DNA from: Candidatus Latescibacterota bacterium
Lineage (GTDB): Bacteria > Latescibacterota > UBA2968 > UBA8231
Direction: 5' to 3'
DNA: 64,000 bases
NCBI GenBank assembly: GCA_964291625.2
Contig: OZ220089.1
Coordinates: forward strand, 1,696,001 to 1,760,000
Shown: piece by piece, positions 19,325 through 29,583 of the stretch
Numbering within the stretch: the first letter of the stretch is position 1
How the letters are laid out: the number at the start of each line of letters is the position of its first letter
Notes under the pieces: model-generated
Seen by the model: only the letters and a program-made list of their open reading frames with translations
Database searches by the model: none
Told to the model about the DNA's origin: nothing
Position numbers and translations under genes: made by a program

Positions 19325-20452
19325 TCACCCCTCCAGGATCTCCCGCACCCGGCGCGCGATTTCGGCCTCGTCGCCGTCCTCCACCGTGTACATGGAGAAC
19401 CCCACCGAGGCGCCCTCGCCGTGGGCCCAGATGGAGGGGTTGCCCCGCTCCAGGAGGTCCGCCAGGCCGGCGCCGTCGACGGGGGCTTCCGCGCCCAGGA
19501 TCAGCCCCAGGCTGGTGACGCTGTCGCCGTCGGCCGGCACCAGGCTCACACCCGGCAGGCCGGCGAGCCGGTCGCGCAGGACCCGGCCCCGGCGGCTGGC
19601 CGCCTCGTCCCGCGCCGCATGGTTCTCCTCGCGCAGCCACTCCCTCAGGGCGGTGACCACGCCCACCACCTCCTGGCGGTCGATCTTCAGGGGGCGGCCG
19701 TAACCGGAGAAGCCGCGCCGCTCGAAGGCGGCGAAGGCGTGGGCCCGGGCCGCTTCCACCAGCTCCCGGCGGCCGCACAGCAGACCCGAGGAGTTCGGCG
19801 CGCCGAAGTACTTGGCGCCGAAGCCGACGAGGTCGGCGCCGCAGGTGGCGAAGTGGCGGAAGACGTCGAGGGGCTGCACGCGCCAGGCGGCGTCGCCGAT
19901 CACGGGGACGCCGGCGTTGCCGGCGATCTCCAGGACCTCCTCCAGGGACAGGAATCCCGCCGGCTCGGCGACGCAGGGGTAGAGCACGGCCGCCGTGCCG
20001 CGGCCCAGGGCGGCGGCGAAGTCGTCGCGGGTGCACGACTCGGGGGTGCCGGACTCGACGAGACGCGCCCCGGTCATGCGCACGACGCGGTCGTACTTGT
20101 AGCGCTGCGGCGCCTGGATGACGACCTCGCCCTTGAGGCCCGAGGTGTCGGGAAGCCGCTCCATGAGCTCCGGTTCGTCGCCGGTGATGCAGGCCGCCGT
20201 GCCGAGGACCAGGGCGGCGGCGCAGCCGGGGGTCACCAGGGCCGCCTCGCACCCGAGGAGGCCGGAGACGACGACGCCGCTGCCGGCCAGGAGCTGGTCC
20301 ATGTCGACGTAGTAGCGGCTCGACAGCTCCATGGCCGCCGCCACCGTCGGCGAGGGCGCCGAGCCCCCGAGCATGGTGAGGTTGCCCTTGGCGTTGATCA
20401 CGGGCACGGCGCCCAGGTCTGCATAGAGGTCTCGGGCCTGCGTCGGGTCCAC
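19325..20452 (-). CDS. SelA-like/DgaE-family PLP-dependent enzyme
   Basis: PVINAKGNLTMLGGS, VT.GCAAAL.LGTAACITG, DAA, FGAKYFGAPNSSG, GRPLKIDR; GTG start inferred. Confidence 0.8.
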   Translation of the reverse strand: MDPTQARDLYADLGAVPVINAKGNLTMLGGSAPSPTVAAAMELSSRYYVDMDQLLAGSGVVVSGLLGCEAALVTPGCAAALVLGTAACITGDEPELMERLPDTSGLKGEVVIQAPQRYKYDRVVRMTGARLVESGTPESCTRDDFAAALGRGTAAVLYPCVAEPAGFLSLEEVLEIAGNAGVPVIGDAAWRVQPLDVFRHFATCGADLVGFGAKYFGAPNSSGLLCGRRELVEAARAHAFAAFERRGFSGYGRPLKIDRQEVVGVVTALREWLREENHAARDEAASRRGRVLRDRLAGLPGVSLVPADGDSVTSLGLILGAEAPVDGAGLADLLERGNPSIWAHGEGASVGFSMYTVEDGDEAEIARRVREILEG

Positions 20453-20463
20453 GGGTCTCTCCT

Positions 20464-22833
20464 TCAGGGGTGCGGCCGGGGCGGGCCCAGCTCGTCGAGA
20501 ACGGGTTCCGGCGGCATCAGCAGAGGCCGGCCGTTGAGGTCCAGCCGCAGACGCAGCCAGTCGATCCAGAAAGGACTCTCGGCGGGGCCCCGGGCGCCCC
20601 CCAGCAGGTCGGCCAGGGCCGGCAGGGAGAAGGGCTCCGCCGGCGGCCGCTCCACCACGCGCAGCCGCCCCGCGTCGAGGCCGGCCCGCTCGCCGGCCGC
20701 GGCCAGGGCCGCTTCCAGCCCGCCCAGGGTGTCCACCAGGCCGGCCTGCAGGGCGCCGGATCCGGACCACACGCGGCCGCGGGCGACGGCCTCGATCTCT
20801 TCCGGGGTGCGGCCCCGGGCCTCGGCGACGCGGTCGACGAAGCCGTCGTAGAGCGTCTCCAGGGCGGCCCCGAAGAGAGCCGCCTCCTCGTCGTCGAAGG
20901 GGCGGTCGGGCAGGGTCCCGCCAAGCAGGGGCAGGGGCATGCCCAGGCCGAGGTCGGCGTGCTCGCCGGCCTGCACGTAGTCGACGGACAGCCCCAGCCG
21001 CTCGCGGAAGCCCTGGTTGTAGAGCCAGCTCGCCCAGACGCCGATGTTGCCGGTGACGGTCTCGGGGGTGGCGGTGATGGCGTCCGCCTCCATCGACACC
21101 CAGTAGCCGCCGGAGGTCGCCCAGCGCCCCTGGGAGACGACGAGGGGCTTCTCGGCGCGGACCTCGCGGATCGCCTCGGCCACCAGGTCCGAGGCCAGCG
21201 GGTCCCCCCCGGGGGAGTCGATGCGCAGGACCACGGCGCCGATCCGCTCCTGGCCGCCCAGGTCGCGCAGCTCCCGGGAGAGCTGGCGGGCGCGGATCCC
21301 GGTGTCCATGGCGCAGACGCCGAGGGCGTACACGAGGGCCACCGTGGGCGGCGCCCCCCACGCCTCGTCCACCGGCGGCGGCGGCAGGTCGTCCAGGGAC
21401 GGTCCCTCCTCGGCGTCCCAGCGTCCCACCGAGTCCACGAGGCCCCGGGCCAGGGCGGTCCCCGGCGTGAACAGGGCGACCTCGTCCACCAGCCCGTCGA
21501 AGGCCTCCGGCGTCAGGCCGCGGGCCTCGCTGATGTCGGATCGGGCGCGTTCGTAGGCGCCGTCCACGAGGGCCTGCATCTGCTCGCGCTCCGCCCCGGA
21601 CATGTCGGTGCGGGTGAAGGCCTCGGGACCGGTCTTGTACTCGTGATAGTGCCAGGCCTGGCTGCCGATGCCGAGCTTGTCGAGAGCGCCGCGCAGGTAG
21701 AGCCGGCCGGCGGCGAACCCCTGGAAGGCGATCCCCCCCAGCGGGTCGAGGACGACGTGGTCCGCCGCCGAGGCGAGGTGATAGCCGCGCAGGTCGGCGC
21801 GGTCCACGTGCACCACGACCCGCTTGCCCGCCTCCCGGATGCGCTGCAGGCGCCGGCGCAGCTCCCAGGACATGGCCGGGTCCAGCCGTACCTCCGAGAG
21901 GTTGACGGCGACGCCGGCCAGGGCGGGATCGCGCTCCACCCGGCGCAGGGAGAGGAGCAGGTCGAGGTGGGAGCGGCCGTCGTCGAAGAAGGGGGCCACA
22001 CGGTGCTTCACCGGGCCGCGCAGTTCGAGCCGGGCCATGCGCGGCCGGCGCCGGTGCAGGGGCGCCAGCACGGTCCCGCGGTTGGGTCCGAGGCGAACCA
22101 GGAAGAGGTTGCGCGAGCGGTCCCCGTCGCGGCGGGACCGCGTCCACAGCCCCAGTCCGCCCAGCTCGACGCGCAGACCGGCGGTGACCGCCCCGTCCTC
22201 GTGGTACCTCGCCGACAGGTGCATCCCCTCCCACAGGCGCACCTCGCCCCCGGCGTTCCAGGTCTCTTCGCCGGAGTCGGCGCCGGCGGCCTCGCCGTAC
22301 ACGGTCAGCCGCGGCGAGCCGAAGGGACGCAGGCCCACGTGGCCGGCCCACTCGCCGGTGTCCCCGTCGAGGGAGGCCGTCCAGGTGGCGCCCAGGGAAA
22401 ACGCGGTCGACGGCTGCCACACGGCGCCGGCGACCCACACGGGCCGGCGGCCGTCCTGGCTCGACCACCCCCAGGCGAGGCCGGCCGAGGCGCCGCGGTC
22501 GCCGGCGCCGAAGCCGAGCCGGTAGTCCCGGTATCCCTCGCCGCCCTCGGTGCGGCGCAGGAACCCGAAGCCGAGATGAGGCACGGCGGTGAACATCCCC
22601 CACTCGGCGGAGCCGTCCCCGCCGCCGGCGGAGGACCACGCCGCGGCCGACTCCGCCGCTTCGAGGCGGGCCAGGACGGCGGGATTCAGGTAGCCCAGCA
22701 TCCCCGCCGGAGCCACCCCCGGCGGCGCGGGGGCCAGCTCGCTGCGCGCCGCGTAGGGGGCGAACTGGCCGGCGGCGGGCGCGGCGGCGAGGAGTAGCAG
22801 CAGGGGCCAGGCCGGACGGGTCGGGCGCCTCAC
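20464..22833 (-). CDS. sppA: Signal peptide peptidase SppA (S49) with an N-terminal beta-strand-rich domain
   Basis: Signal peptide; YHLASAAD, YKTGPE, LRIDSPGG, ATSGGYW, TGNIGV, GRVWSG..A...GLVD.LGG; GTG start overlaps the upstream stop. Confidence 0.85.
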   Translation of the reverse strand: MRRPTRPAWPLLLLLAAAPAAGQFAPYAARSELAPAPPGVAPAGMLGYLNPAVLARLEAAESAAAWSSAGGGDGSAEWGMFTAVPHLGFGFLRRTEGGEGYRDYRLGFGAGDRGASAGLAWGWSSQDGRRPVWVAGAVWQPSTAFSLGATWTASLDGDTGEWAGHVGLRPFGSPRLTVYGEAAGADSGEETWNAGGEVRLWEGMHLSARYHEDGAVTAGLRVELGGLGLWTRSRRDGDRSRNLFLVRLGPNRGTVLAPLHRRRPRMARLELRGPVKHRVAPFFDDGRSHLDLLLSLRRVERDPALAGVAVNLSEVRLDPAMSWELRRRLQRIREAGKRVVVHVDRADLRGYHLASAADHVVLDPLGGIAFQGFAAGRLYLRGALDKLGIGSQAWHYHEYKTGPEAFTRTDMSGAEREQMQALVDGAYERARSDISEARGLTPEAFDGLVDEVALFTPGTALARGLVDSVGRWDAEEGPSLDDLPPPPVDEAWGAPPTVALVYALGVCAMDTGIRARQLSRELRDLGGQERIGAVVLRIDSPGGDPLASDLVAEAIREVRAEKPLVVSQGRWATSGGYWVSMEADAITATPETVTGNIGVWASWLYNQGFRERLGLSVDYVQAGEHADLGLGMPLPLLGGTLPDRPFDDEEAALFGAALETLYDGFVDRVAEARGRTPEEIEAVARGRVWSGSGALQAGLVDTLGGLEAALAAAGERAGLDAGRLRVVERPPAEPFSLPALADLLGGARGPAESPFWIDWLRLRLDLNGRPLLMPPEPVLDELGPPRPHP

Positions 22834-23453
22834 GCAGACTCCTGGAACTGGCTCAGGTCGCCGGATCCCCGGCGCAGGACCACGGCCTCGTCGCCGACGA
22901 GGGAGACGACGCTGGAGGGCAGCACCGGCAGCTGGCCGCACTCGAGGATCAGGTCCACGTCGTGGCCCAGCTCCTGCTCCAGTTGCAGGGGATCGGTGAT
23001 CGCGTCCTGTTCGGAGCGGTTGGCGCTGGTGCTCAGGATCGGCCGCCCCAGTTCCTTCACCATGGCCGCCGTCACCGGGTGGTCGGGGATGCGGATGCCC
23101 ACCGTCTTCTGGCGGCTGCGCAGCAGGCGCGGGGTCTCCTTGGTGGCCGGCAGCACGAAGGTGTAGGGCCCGGGCAGCAGGCGCCGCAGGGTCCGGTAGG
23201 CGTAGTTCGACACCCGGGCGTAGCGGGCGATGTCGTTGAGGTCGGCGCAGACGAAGGACATCGGCTTGCGGGCGTCGCGGCCCTTGATGCGCCGGATGCG
23301 CTCCACCGCCGTCTTGTGGGTGATGTCGCACCCGAGGCCGTAGATCGTGTCGGTGGGGTAGATGATGACGCCGCCGCCGCTCAGGACTTCCACGGCGCGG
23401 CGCAGGTGCCGGCCCTTGAGGTGCTCGGGATCGATGGACAGCACGTCGGCCAC
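22830..23453 (-). CDS. Sua5/YciO/YrdC (TsaC-family) threonylcarbamoyl-AMP synthase-like protein
   Basis: YPTDTIYGLGCD, K.R...KPMS, LPGPYT, TVGIRIPDH, STSAN. Confidence 0.9.
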   Translation of the reverse strand: MADVLSIDPEHLKGRHLRRAVEVLSGGGVIIYPTDTIYGLGCDITHKTAVERIRRIKGRDARKPMSFVCADLNDIARYARVSNYAYRTLRRLLPGPYTFVLPATKETPRLLRSRQKTVGIRIPDHPVTAAMVKELGRPILSTSANRSEQDAITDPLQLEQELGHDVDLILECGQLPVLPSSVVSLVGDEAVVLRRGSGDLSQFQESA

Positions 23454-23634
23454 GGTCGGACTCCCCGGTTGGGCCCGGCGAGATGGTGCGCAGGCGCCGG
23501 GCGGGACCGGATGAATATAGCAGGTCCTCCGAGAGCGGGTCCTCCGCAACCGGCCCTGGGCGCGTCCCGACCGAACGGGCCGGGCGCGCCCAGGGCGCAG
23601 TGCCGGAGGGCCTTGCCGCTCCCGGGAGGGGGGT

Positions 23635-25361
23635 CTACTTCAGCAGCGTGGTCCTGCGGCTGAGGATGCCGTTGGGGCTGACCAGGCGATAGTGGTAGAC
23701 CCCGCTGGCCAGATCCTCGCCGACGAGCTGCACCGACCAGGTGCCGGCCTCGCGGAAGCCCTGCACGAGGGTGGCCAGCTTCTGTCCGGTGTTGCTGTAG
23801 AGAGTGAGACTGACCTCGCCGCCGACGGGCAGCGAGTAGCGGATCGTGGTGCCCGGGTTGAAGGGGTTGGGGCTGTTGTCGAGCTCGTAGGCCGCGGGCA
23901 CCGAGGACGAGAGGCTGCTCTCCTCGAAGAGGATGGCGGTGTCGGGGCCGGTGAAGTCGCCCTGCACCACGATCCCGAGCCGACTGATGAAGGTCCAGCC
24001 CGCGATCCACAACTCCGACTCCCTCGAGGAGAAGGCGCCCAGGTAGTTGGTGGACGTGTAGAAGCCGTTGGACGGCGGGGTCAGGGCGCCGGAGGTCGCG
24101 GGGCCTGCGGCCACGGGCCGCGGGTCGAGGCCGCCGTCGATGGTGCGGCTGATGCCGCGCAGCTGCGGGTCCTCGATGCGGTTGCCGCCGTCCAGCAGGG
24201 CCGTCTGCACGAAGCCGTCGTCCTTCGGGTCGCCGCAGCCGTCGCCGGAGCAGTCTGCGACGCCGCCCACGTCGTCGCCGGCGCCGAAGCCCCACCAGAT
24301 GTTGTTCCGCAGCTTGAGGGTGCCCTCCTCCAGGCGGTTGCGGCTGTCCTCGCCGTCGGGCAGGTCCTCCACGTCGACGCCGGCGCCGACGAAGTCGGTG
24401 AAGATGCTGTTGAAGTAGCTGCCTGCCCAGTTGTCGCGAAGCTTCAGGGCCTCGGGGTTGTCGGGGTTGCTGGCTTCGACGCCCGAGCCGACGAAGGTGG
24501 CGTTCCAGATCTGCGGGGTGGCGTAGGGCTGCCCGTCCTCGGGATCGGTGCCGCCGTCGTGCTCCCCGGCCCGGTCGCCGATCTCCTCGGCCTGCACGGC
24601 GAACCAGAACTGGTTGTCGCCGCGCCAGCCCTCGTCGATGTCGAAGGAGTCGTCGCCGTTGAAGGCGCTCACCAGGTAGCGGCTGTTCACCGTGCCGCCG
24701 AACCACTCGAAGCCGTCGTCCTGGTTGTTGTAGACCTCCACGTACTCGACGACGGTGCCGCTGCCCACGGCGCCCATGGTCAGGCCGTTGATCTCGTTGC
24801 CGGCGCCGATGTCGGTGCCGCCGTAGCGGATCGAGACGTAGCGGAAGACGCCGGAGTCGTCGCCGTCGTCGGTGCCGCCGTAGGCGCCGCGCGGCTCGGT
24901 GGTGGGAATGCCCTCGATGGCGCCGACGCCGGTGGAGGTGTTGATCACCGCCTTGCCGAGGAGGATGACGCCGCCCCAAAGGCCGCGGGTGTCGAGGGGC
25001 AGGTCGAAGGGATCGGAGACATCGTCCGCCTCGGCGGTGAAGATGATGGGGTTGTCGCGGGTTCCCTCGGCGAAGATCCGGCCGCCCTGGGCCACGATCA
25101 GGGCGCTGGCGTTCTCCCCCTGGCCCGGCTTGCCGCGGACCACGGTGCCGGGCTCGATGGTGAGCGTCGCGCCGTCGTCGACGAAGACGAAGCCGTTGAG
25201 CACGTAGGTGTGGCCGGTGTCCACACGGCGTCCTGGCCGATGTCCTCGGTGACCTGCACGACGGTCTGGGCCGCCGCCGGGACGGCGAGGGCCGTCCACA
25301 CGATCCCGACGATCCCGGCCAGGGCCGCCGGCCGCGGGATCCGGGTTCCGCTGCTTCCCAT
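23635..25361 (-). CDS. Secreted beta-helix-like protein with a C-terminal secretion-tail domain; frameshifted near 25215
   Basis: Signal peptide and QTVVQVTEDIGQDAVWT in one frame continue as GHTYVLNGFVFVDDGATLTIEPGT...NNQDDGFEWFGGTV...NSPNPFNPGTTIRYSL...SGVYHYRL in another frame. Confidence 0.75.
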
Positions 25362-25567
25362 GGTTCCTCCTGTGCTTCGCATGGTTCCTCCTGGTTGCGC
25401 TGATAGTGGCGGATGCTCTGGCGCAAAAGGTGGGAGACGCCATTGGCGGGCCAGCGGCGGTTCGGTGAACGACGGGTCACGAAGGGGCGGCGTTTCGATG
25501 TAACGGAAGGGGACCGCCGCGCCGACGGGCGGTCCCCGGAGAGCCGGGCGGCGAGGATGCGGAGCGG

Positions 25568-28465
25568 TCAGTCGCCGAGCTTGTACGCCACGCTGATCGA
25601 GAAGGAGCGGCCCTTGCGGTGCTCCTGGGCGACGTACTGCCGGCCCTTGAAGGGGTAGGCGAAGCGGTACTCGGAGTCGAGGAGGTTCCTGGCCGCGAGC
25701 CTGACGGTGTACAACCCGTTGATGCGCTTCGACAGGGTGAAGTCCAGGCTGGACCGGGGCTCCTCGAAGACGTTGGGCGTGCCTCCGAGGCTGACCTCCG
25801 AGAGGCGCCGCCCGAAGATGTTGTAGTACAGGCCCGCCGCCGTGCCGGTCTCGAGATCATCGTAGGTGACGTCGAGGTTGACCACGAAGGGCGACTGGCC
25901 CTGGAGGGAGCGGCTGGTCTCCGCGTCGGGGTCGAAGCCCCGGATGATGGCCATCTCGCTCCCGGGGATGTCGACCTTCGAATGGATCAGGGACACGTTG
26001 CCGCCGGCGAAGAAGTCGCTCCACCGCTCTCCGAGGATGCCCAGGTTCTCGCGCGCCTCGAACTCGACGCCCGCCACGGCGGCCTCGTTCACGTTCTGGT
26101 ACTGGATCTCGCCGTTGGTGGTCAGGATCGCCCGCTCGATCGGGTTCTGGAAGAGTTTGTAGAAGCCGCTGACGGCATGGATCTCGCCGGGGTTGGGGAA
26201 CCACTCCCAGCGCAGGTCCCAGTTGTCGATGAGGGTGCGCTTCAGCTCCTCGTTGCCGGTGAGGATGAAGTCCCCCACGAAGGCGAAGGAGGAGAACGGG
26301 GCCAGCTCGCGGAAGGTGGGTCGGGCCAGGGTGCGGCCGTAGGAGAGGCGCATGTTCGCCTCGCCCACCTGGTAGACGAGACTGACCGAGGGCAGCAGGT
26401 CGTTCGTCTCCAACTCGCCGGCGGGCAGCTCCGGGTTGGCGCTGGCCACGCGGGTGCGGGTGGCCTCGAAGCGGGCGCCGGTGATGAGCCGCAGCTGCCG
26501 GTGGAGGGGCAGCTCGACCATCCCGTAGCCGGCGGCGATCCGCTGGTCGCCGTCGTAGGTGTTCGACGGCAGGGTGGCGTCGACGATGTAGTTGCCGAAG
26601 CGCGGCAGGGCGCCCGTGGTGTCGATGATGCCGACGTTGGCGTCGGTGAAGAACTCGTCCACGTCGCCGCCGAAGCGGTGCGAGCTCGGGCGCTGATAGC
26701 GGAACCGGGTCTCGTTGAAGCCGCGGCTCTTGTTCTGGGCGAAGGCCCCCGCCTTGATCTCCCCCGTCAGTCCGTGCCCCTGCCGGAAGGGCAGACTCAG
26801 CCCGAGGTTGGCCTCGCGGCTGGTCTCGTCGAGGTCGCGGAAGTAGCGCGTCGGGTCGGGATAGCTCGAGGGCTTGATCGAGTAGAGGGTGTCGCCGCCG
26901 CGGATGGTGTAGTTGTCGCTGAAGTAGCGGAGATCGGGCTCGTCCTGGGTGGAGGAGGAGGTCGAGCCCGACCATTCCAGGCGAGTCCCCCGCAGGGGCT
27001 CGAGATGGTGCTTGCCCGAGACCTGGAGGGAGCGGATCTCGCGCTCGGTGAAGTGGAGCACGCGGGTTTCGTAGAAGTCGTCCTCGTCCAGGGTCTCGTC
27101 GAACTTGCCCACCAGGTACCGAGCCACGTCCTCGCCGCTGCGGTTGTAGATGAAGGTCGAGCCGAGCTCGTGGGCGTCGTGGGGACGCCAGGCGGCGCTC
27201 GCCATGCCGCCCCACAGGGCCTCCTCGGAGCTCCTGGCGTCGATCAGGTTCAGCTGGTCCACGAGGGACCCGGTCCGGTCGACGCGGCCCGTGAGCTGCC
27301 AGCGGGCGCGGGTGCCGCCGTCGTAGTGGACGTGCTTCCGGCTCGAGTTCAGGCTGGCGATGAAGCCGAAGGGCCGGCCGTTGAGACTGTACCGATCCCC
27401 GAAGGCCAGGGAGGTGCTGTAGTTGAGGGGGGCCGTCCCGCGGGTGGGGCCCATGACGTTGGTGAAGGCCTTGGAGATCCGGTCGAGGGACTCGGCCCGG
27501 GAACGATCCCCGAAGGTGGCGGCGTAGTCGGGGATGTCGCCGGAGGCCTCGGCGGGGATATCGCGGCTGCCGTCGTCGATGCCGAGCCAGTCGGTGCCGC
27601 CGCCTTCGTAGGTGAGCACCTCCTCGAAAGTCGTGCTGGTGTTGTACGAGGTCGAGGTGGAGAAGGAGAGGTGGAAGTCGTCGGGCATGCTCCGCGTGCC
27701 GATGTCGACGGCGCCCCCGGTGAAGTTGCCCGGCTTGTCGGGGGTGAAGCTCTTCACGGTGACGATGCTCTCGAGCATGCTCGCGGGGAACATGTCCATG
27801 GCCACGGCGCGGCGGTTGGGGTCGGCGCTCGGCAGCTCGGCGCCGTTCAGCTGCACCGTGCTGTAGCGGTCGCCCAGCCCCCGGATGGTGACGTACCTGC
27901 CGTCCTGCACGGTGGCGCCGGTGACCTGGGTCATGGCCTCGGCGGCATCGCCGGCGCCGGCCCGGGAGATCTCCTCGGCGCTGATGGCGTCGCTCAGGGC
28001 CGAGGCCTTCTGGCGCTCCTTGAGCAGCGCCGCCCCGGTGTTGCGCAGGGCCCTGGCCTCGACGACCACCGCCTCCACCTCGATCGCCTCCGACTTCAGG
28101 GTGAAGTCGAGGTCGACGACACCGTCGGCCTCGACGACGACCTCCGTGATCGTCGTCCGGTTGTAGCCGATCATCGAGGTCGCGAGGGTATAGGTGCCGG
28201 CCGGGACGTTGGCGATCCGGTAGTCGCCCTCCAGGTCGGTGGCCGCCCCCAGATCGGTGCGCGTGCCGTCGGGGTTCTCGAGGATGACGAAGGCGCCGAT
28301 CAGGGGGTCCCCCGTCTCGCCGTCGACGATGGTGCCCACGATGCGTCCGGTGTCCCGGGCCTCGGCGCCGGCGTGGAGAGCGGCCGCGGCGACGGCGAGG
28401 GTTGCGAGCCGGGCGGTCCTGTTCAATTCACTCTCCCGGATGGGGTCATGGAGCGAGTCCGGCAC
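25568..28465 (-). CDS. TonB-dependent receptor
   Basis: N-terminal carboxypeptidase-regulatory-like domain (GTIVDGETGDPLIGA), plug (IRGLGDRYS, VKSFTPD), RPTFRELAPF, C-terminal beta-strand; exact start uncertain. Confidence 0.92.
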   Translation of the reverse strand: MPDSLHDPIRESELNRTARLATLAVAAAALHAGAEARDTGRIVGTIVDGETGDPLIGAFVILENPDGTRTDLGAATDLEGDYRIANVPAGTYTLATSMIGYNRTTITEVVVEADGVVDLDFTLKSEAIEVEAVVVEARALRNTGAALLKERQKASALSDAISAEEISRAGAGDAAEAMTQVTGATVQDGRYVTIRGLGDRYSTVQLNGAELPSADPNRRAVAMDMFPASMLESIVTVKSFTPDKPGNFTGGAVDIGTRSMPDDFHLSFSTSTSYNTSTTFEEVLTYEGGGTDWLGIDDGSRDIPAEASGDIPDYAATFGDRSRAESLDRISKAFTNVMGPTRGTAPLNYSTSLAFGDRYSLNGRPFGFIASLNSSRKHVHYDGGTRARWQLTGRVDRTGSLVDQLNLIDARSSEEALWGGMASAAWRPHDAHELGSTFIYNRSGEDVARYLVGKFDETLDEDDFYETRVLHFTEREIRSLQVSGKHHLEPLRGTRLEWSGSTSSSTQDEPDLRYFSDNYTIRGGDTLYSIKPSSYPDPTRYFRDLDETSREANLGLSLPFRQGHGLTGEIKAGAFAQNKSRGFNETRFRYQRPSSHRFGGDVDEFFTDANVGIIDTTGALPRFGNYIVDATLPSNTYDGDQRIAAGYGMVELPLHRQLRLITGARFEATRTRVASANPELPAGELETNDLLPSVSLVYQVGEANMRLSYGRTLARPTFRELAPFSSFAFVGDFILTGNEELKRTLIDNWDLRWEWFPNPGEIHAVSGFYKLFQNPIERAILTTNGEIQYQNVNEAAVAGVEFEARENLGILGERWSDFFAGGNVSLIHSKVDIPGSEMAIIRGFDPDAETSRSLQGQSPFVVNLDVTYDDLETGTAAGLYYNIFGRRLSEVSLGGTPNVFEEPRSSLDFTLSKRINGLYTVRLAARNLLDSEYRFAYPFKGRQYVAQEHRKGRSFSISVAYKLGD

Positions 28466-28501
28466 TCCGGCCTTGTGTGCGTACGAGTGTAGGGGGCGGT
28501 T

Positions 28502-28528
28502 GTTGAAGCGCGGTTACGGCGCGGCGAC
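28502..28528 (-). promoter_or_regulatory. Pho-box-like 11-bp-phased repeats upstream of the TonB-dependent receptor
   Basis: Minus strand GTCGC (28528-24), GTAAC (28517-13), TCAAC (28506-02). Confidence 0.45.
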
Positions 28529-28575
28529 GATCGTGCGCACCCGGAGGGCCGCCGTCCGGGCCGTGATCCCCCGGC

Positions 28576-29523
28576 TCAGAAGCGGAGGAAGCAGGTGGCC
28601 CGGACCTGCAGGATCGGGTCCGATCCGTCGGGGAGCTGGAGGTGCAGGTTCGGCTGCAGGTGGACGTCCGCAGCCGCCTCCCAGTCGAACCCGGCGATGG
28701 CGAGGCGGTCGCTGCGGCCCCCTTCCTCCAACGCGTCGAGGCGGGCGAAGACCCACCCGGCGGGGGTCACCGCCGCCGACCCGAAGACGGAGATGCCCGT
28801 AAGCCTCTCGTCCTCGGCCAGGCGACGGACGCGGACGAGGGGCTCGAACCCGAGGCGCAGGCGCTCGCGGGCGAGGCCGATGAGGGCCTTGGCCACGAGG
28901 TGATCCCGGCCCCCGGGGCGCATGTCCAGATCGCCGCAGAGCTCGAACAGGCCGCCCCCGCCGGGCTCGAAGCGGACCGCGGCGTAGAGCTTCTTGCCGT
29001 TGTCGTTCTCCGGCCGCTGTCCCGGGCCGTTGGCGACCATCAGGTGGTAGCCGAGCCCGGCGGCGCGCCCCTTCAGGCTCAGGCCGATGTCGGCGGAGGA
29101 GCCGATGCCGTTCAGGTCGAGGATGGTCTTCTCCACCGACCGGTAGCCCCAGAGCGTCTCGGAGGCCCGCCAGGTCGGCGTGGCCGACACGCCCGCGTAG
29201 AGGTCGGCGCCGGCCACGGCCCGGCGCCAGCGCAGGTAGGCGTGCTTGACGAAGGGCGTCATCCGGCTCCGCTCGCCGAAGCCGGCGTCCCGGGCCTCCA
29301 GGCGGACCCGGGCGGCGAAGCGGTCCGACAGGTCGCGGTCGTAGGTCAGGTAGATGCGCCGGAACTGGAAGGCGTTGCGCCTCTCCAGTCCGGTGCCGTC
29401 GTCCGCGGAGACCACGAAGTAGTAATCCGCGAAGACGGTGCCGCTCATGGTGCCCCGGTCCTGGGCCTCTGCGCCCGCGGTCAGGAGGGCGCCGGCGAAC
29501 AGGACGCAGCCGTAGCGTGACAT
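28576..29523 (-). CDS. Outer-membrane beta-barrel porin (phosphate-selective porin-like)
   Basis: Signal peptide, NAFQFRRIYLTYD, FVKHAYL, NGPG..PENDNGK, terminal Phe; divergent from pstS. Confidence 0.7.
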   Translation of the reverse strand: MSRYGCVLFAGALLTAGAEAQDRGTMSGTVFADYYFVVSADDGTGLERRNAFQFRRIYLTYDRDLSDRFAARVRLEARDAGFGERSRMTPFVKHAYLRWRRAVAGADLYAGVSATPTWRASETLWGYRSVEKTILDLNGIGSSADIGLSLKGRAAGLGYHLMVANGPGQRPENDNGKKLYAAVRFEPGGGGLFELCGDLDMRPGGRDHLVAKALIGLARERLRLGFEPLVRVRRLAEDERLTGISVFGSAAVTPAGWVFARLDALEEGGRSDRLAIAGFDWEAAADVHLQPNLHLQLPDGSDPILQVRATCFLRF

Positions 29524-29583
29524 GTGATCCTCTGATCCTCTGTGGAGTGGCCGTGGAAGAAGCGGGGCGGGGCCCCTGTCCAG

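Noticed and set aside
19325-20452. True selenocysteine synthase selA
   Set aside because: Shorter than SelA, lacks its N-terminal domain, and no selB, selC or selD nearby; fits the SelA-like/DgaE family.
25619-28492. 957-aa plus-strand ORF and similar long ORFs (e.g. 282-1637, 29701-32811, 35313-38132, 38245-41502)
   Set aside because: Antisense or off-frame shadows of clear genes, expected in very GC-rich DNA with few stop codons; no recognisable motifs.
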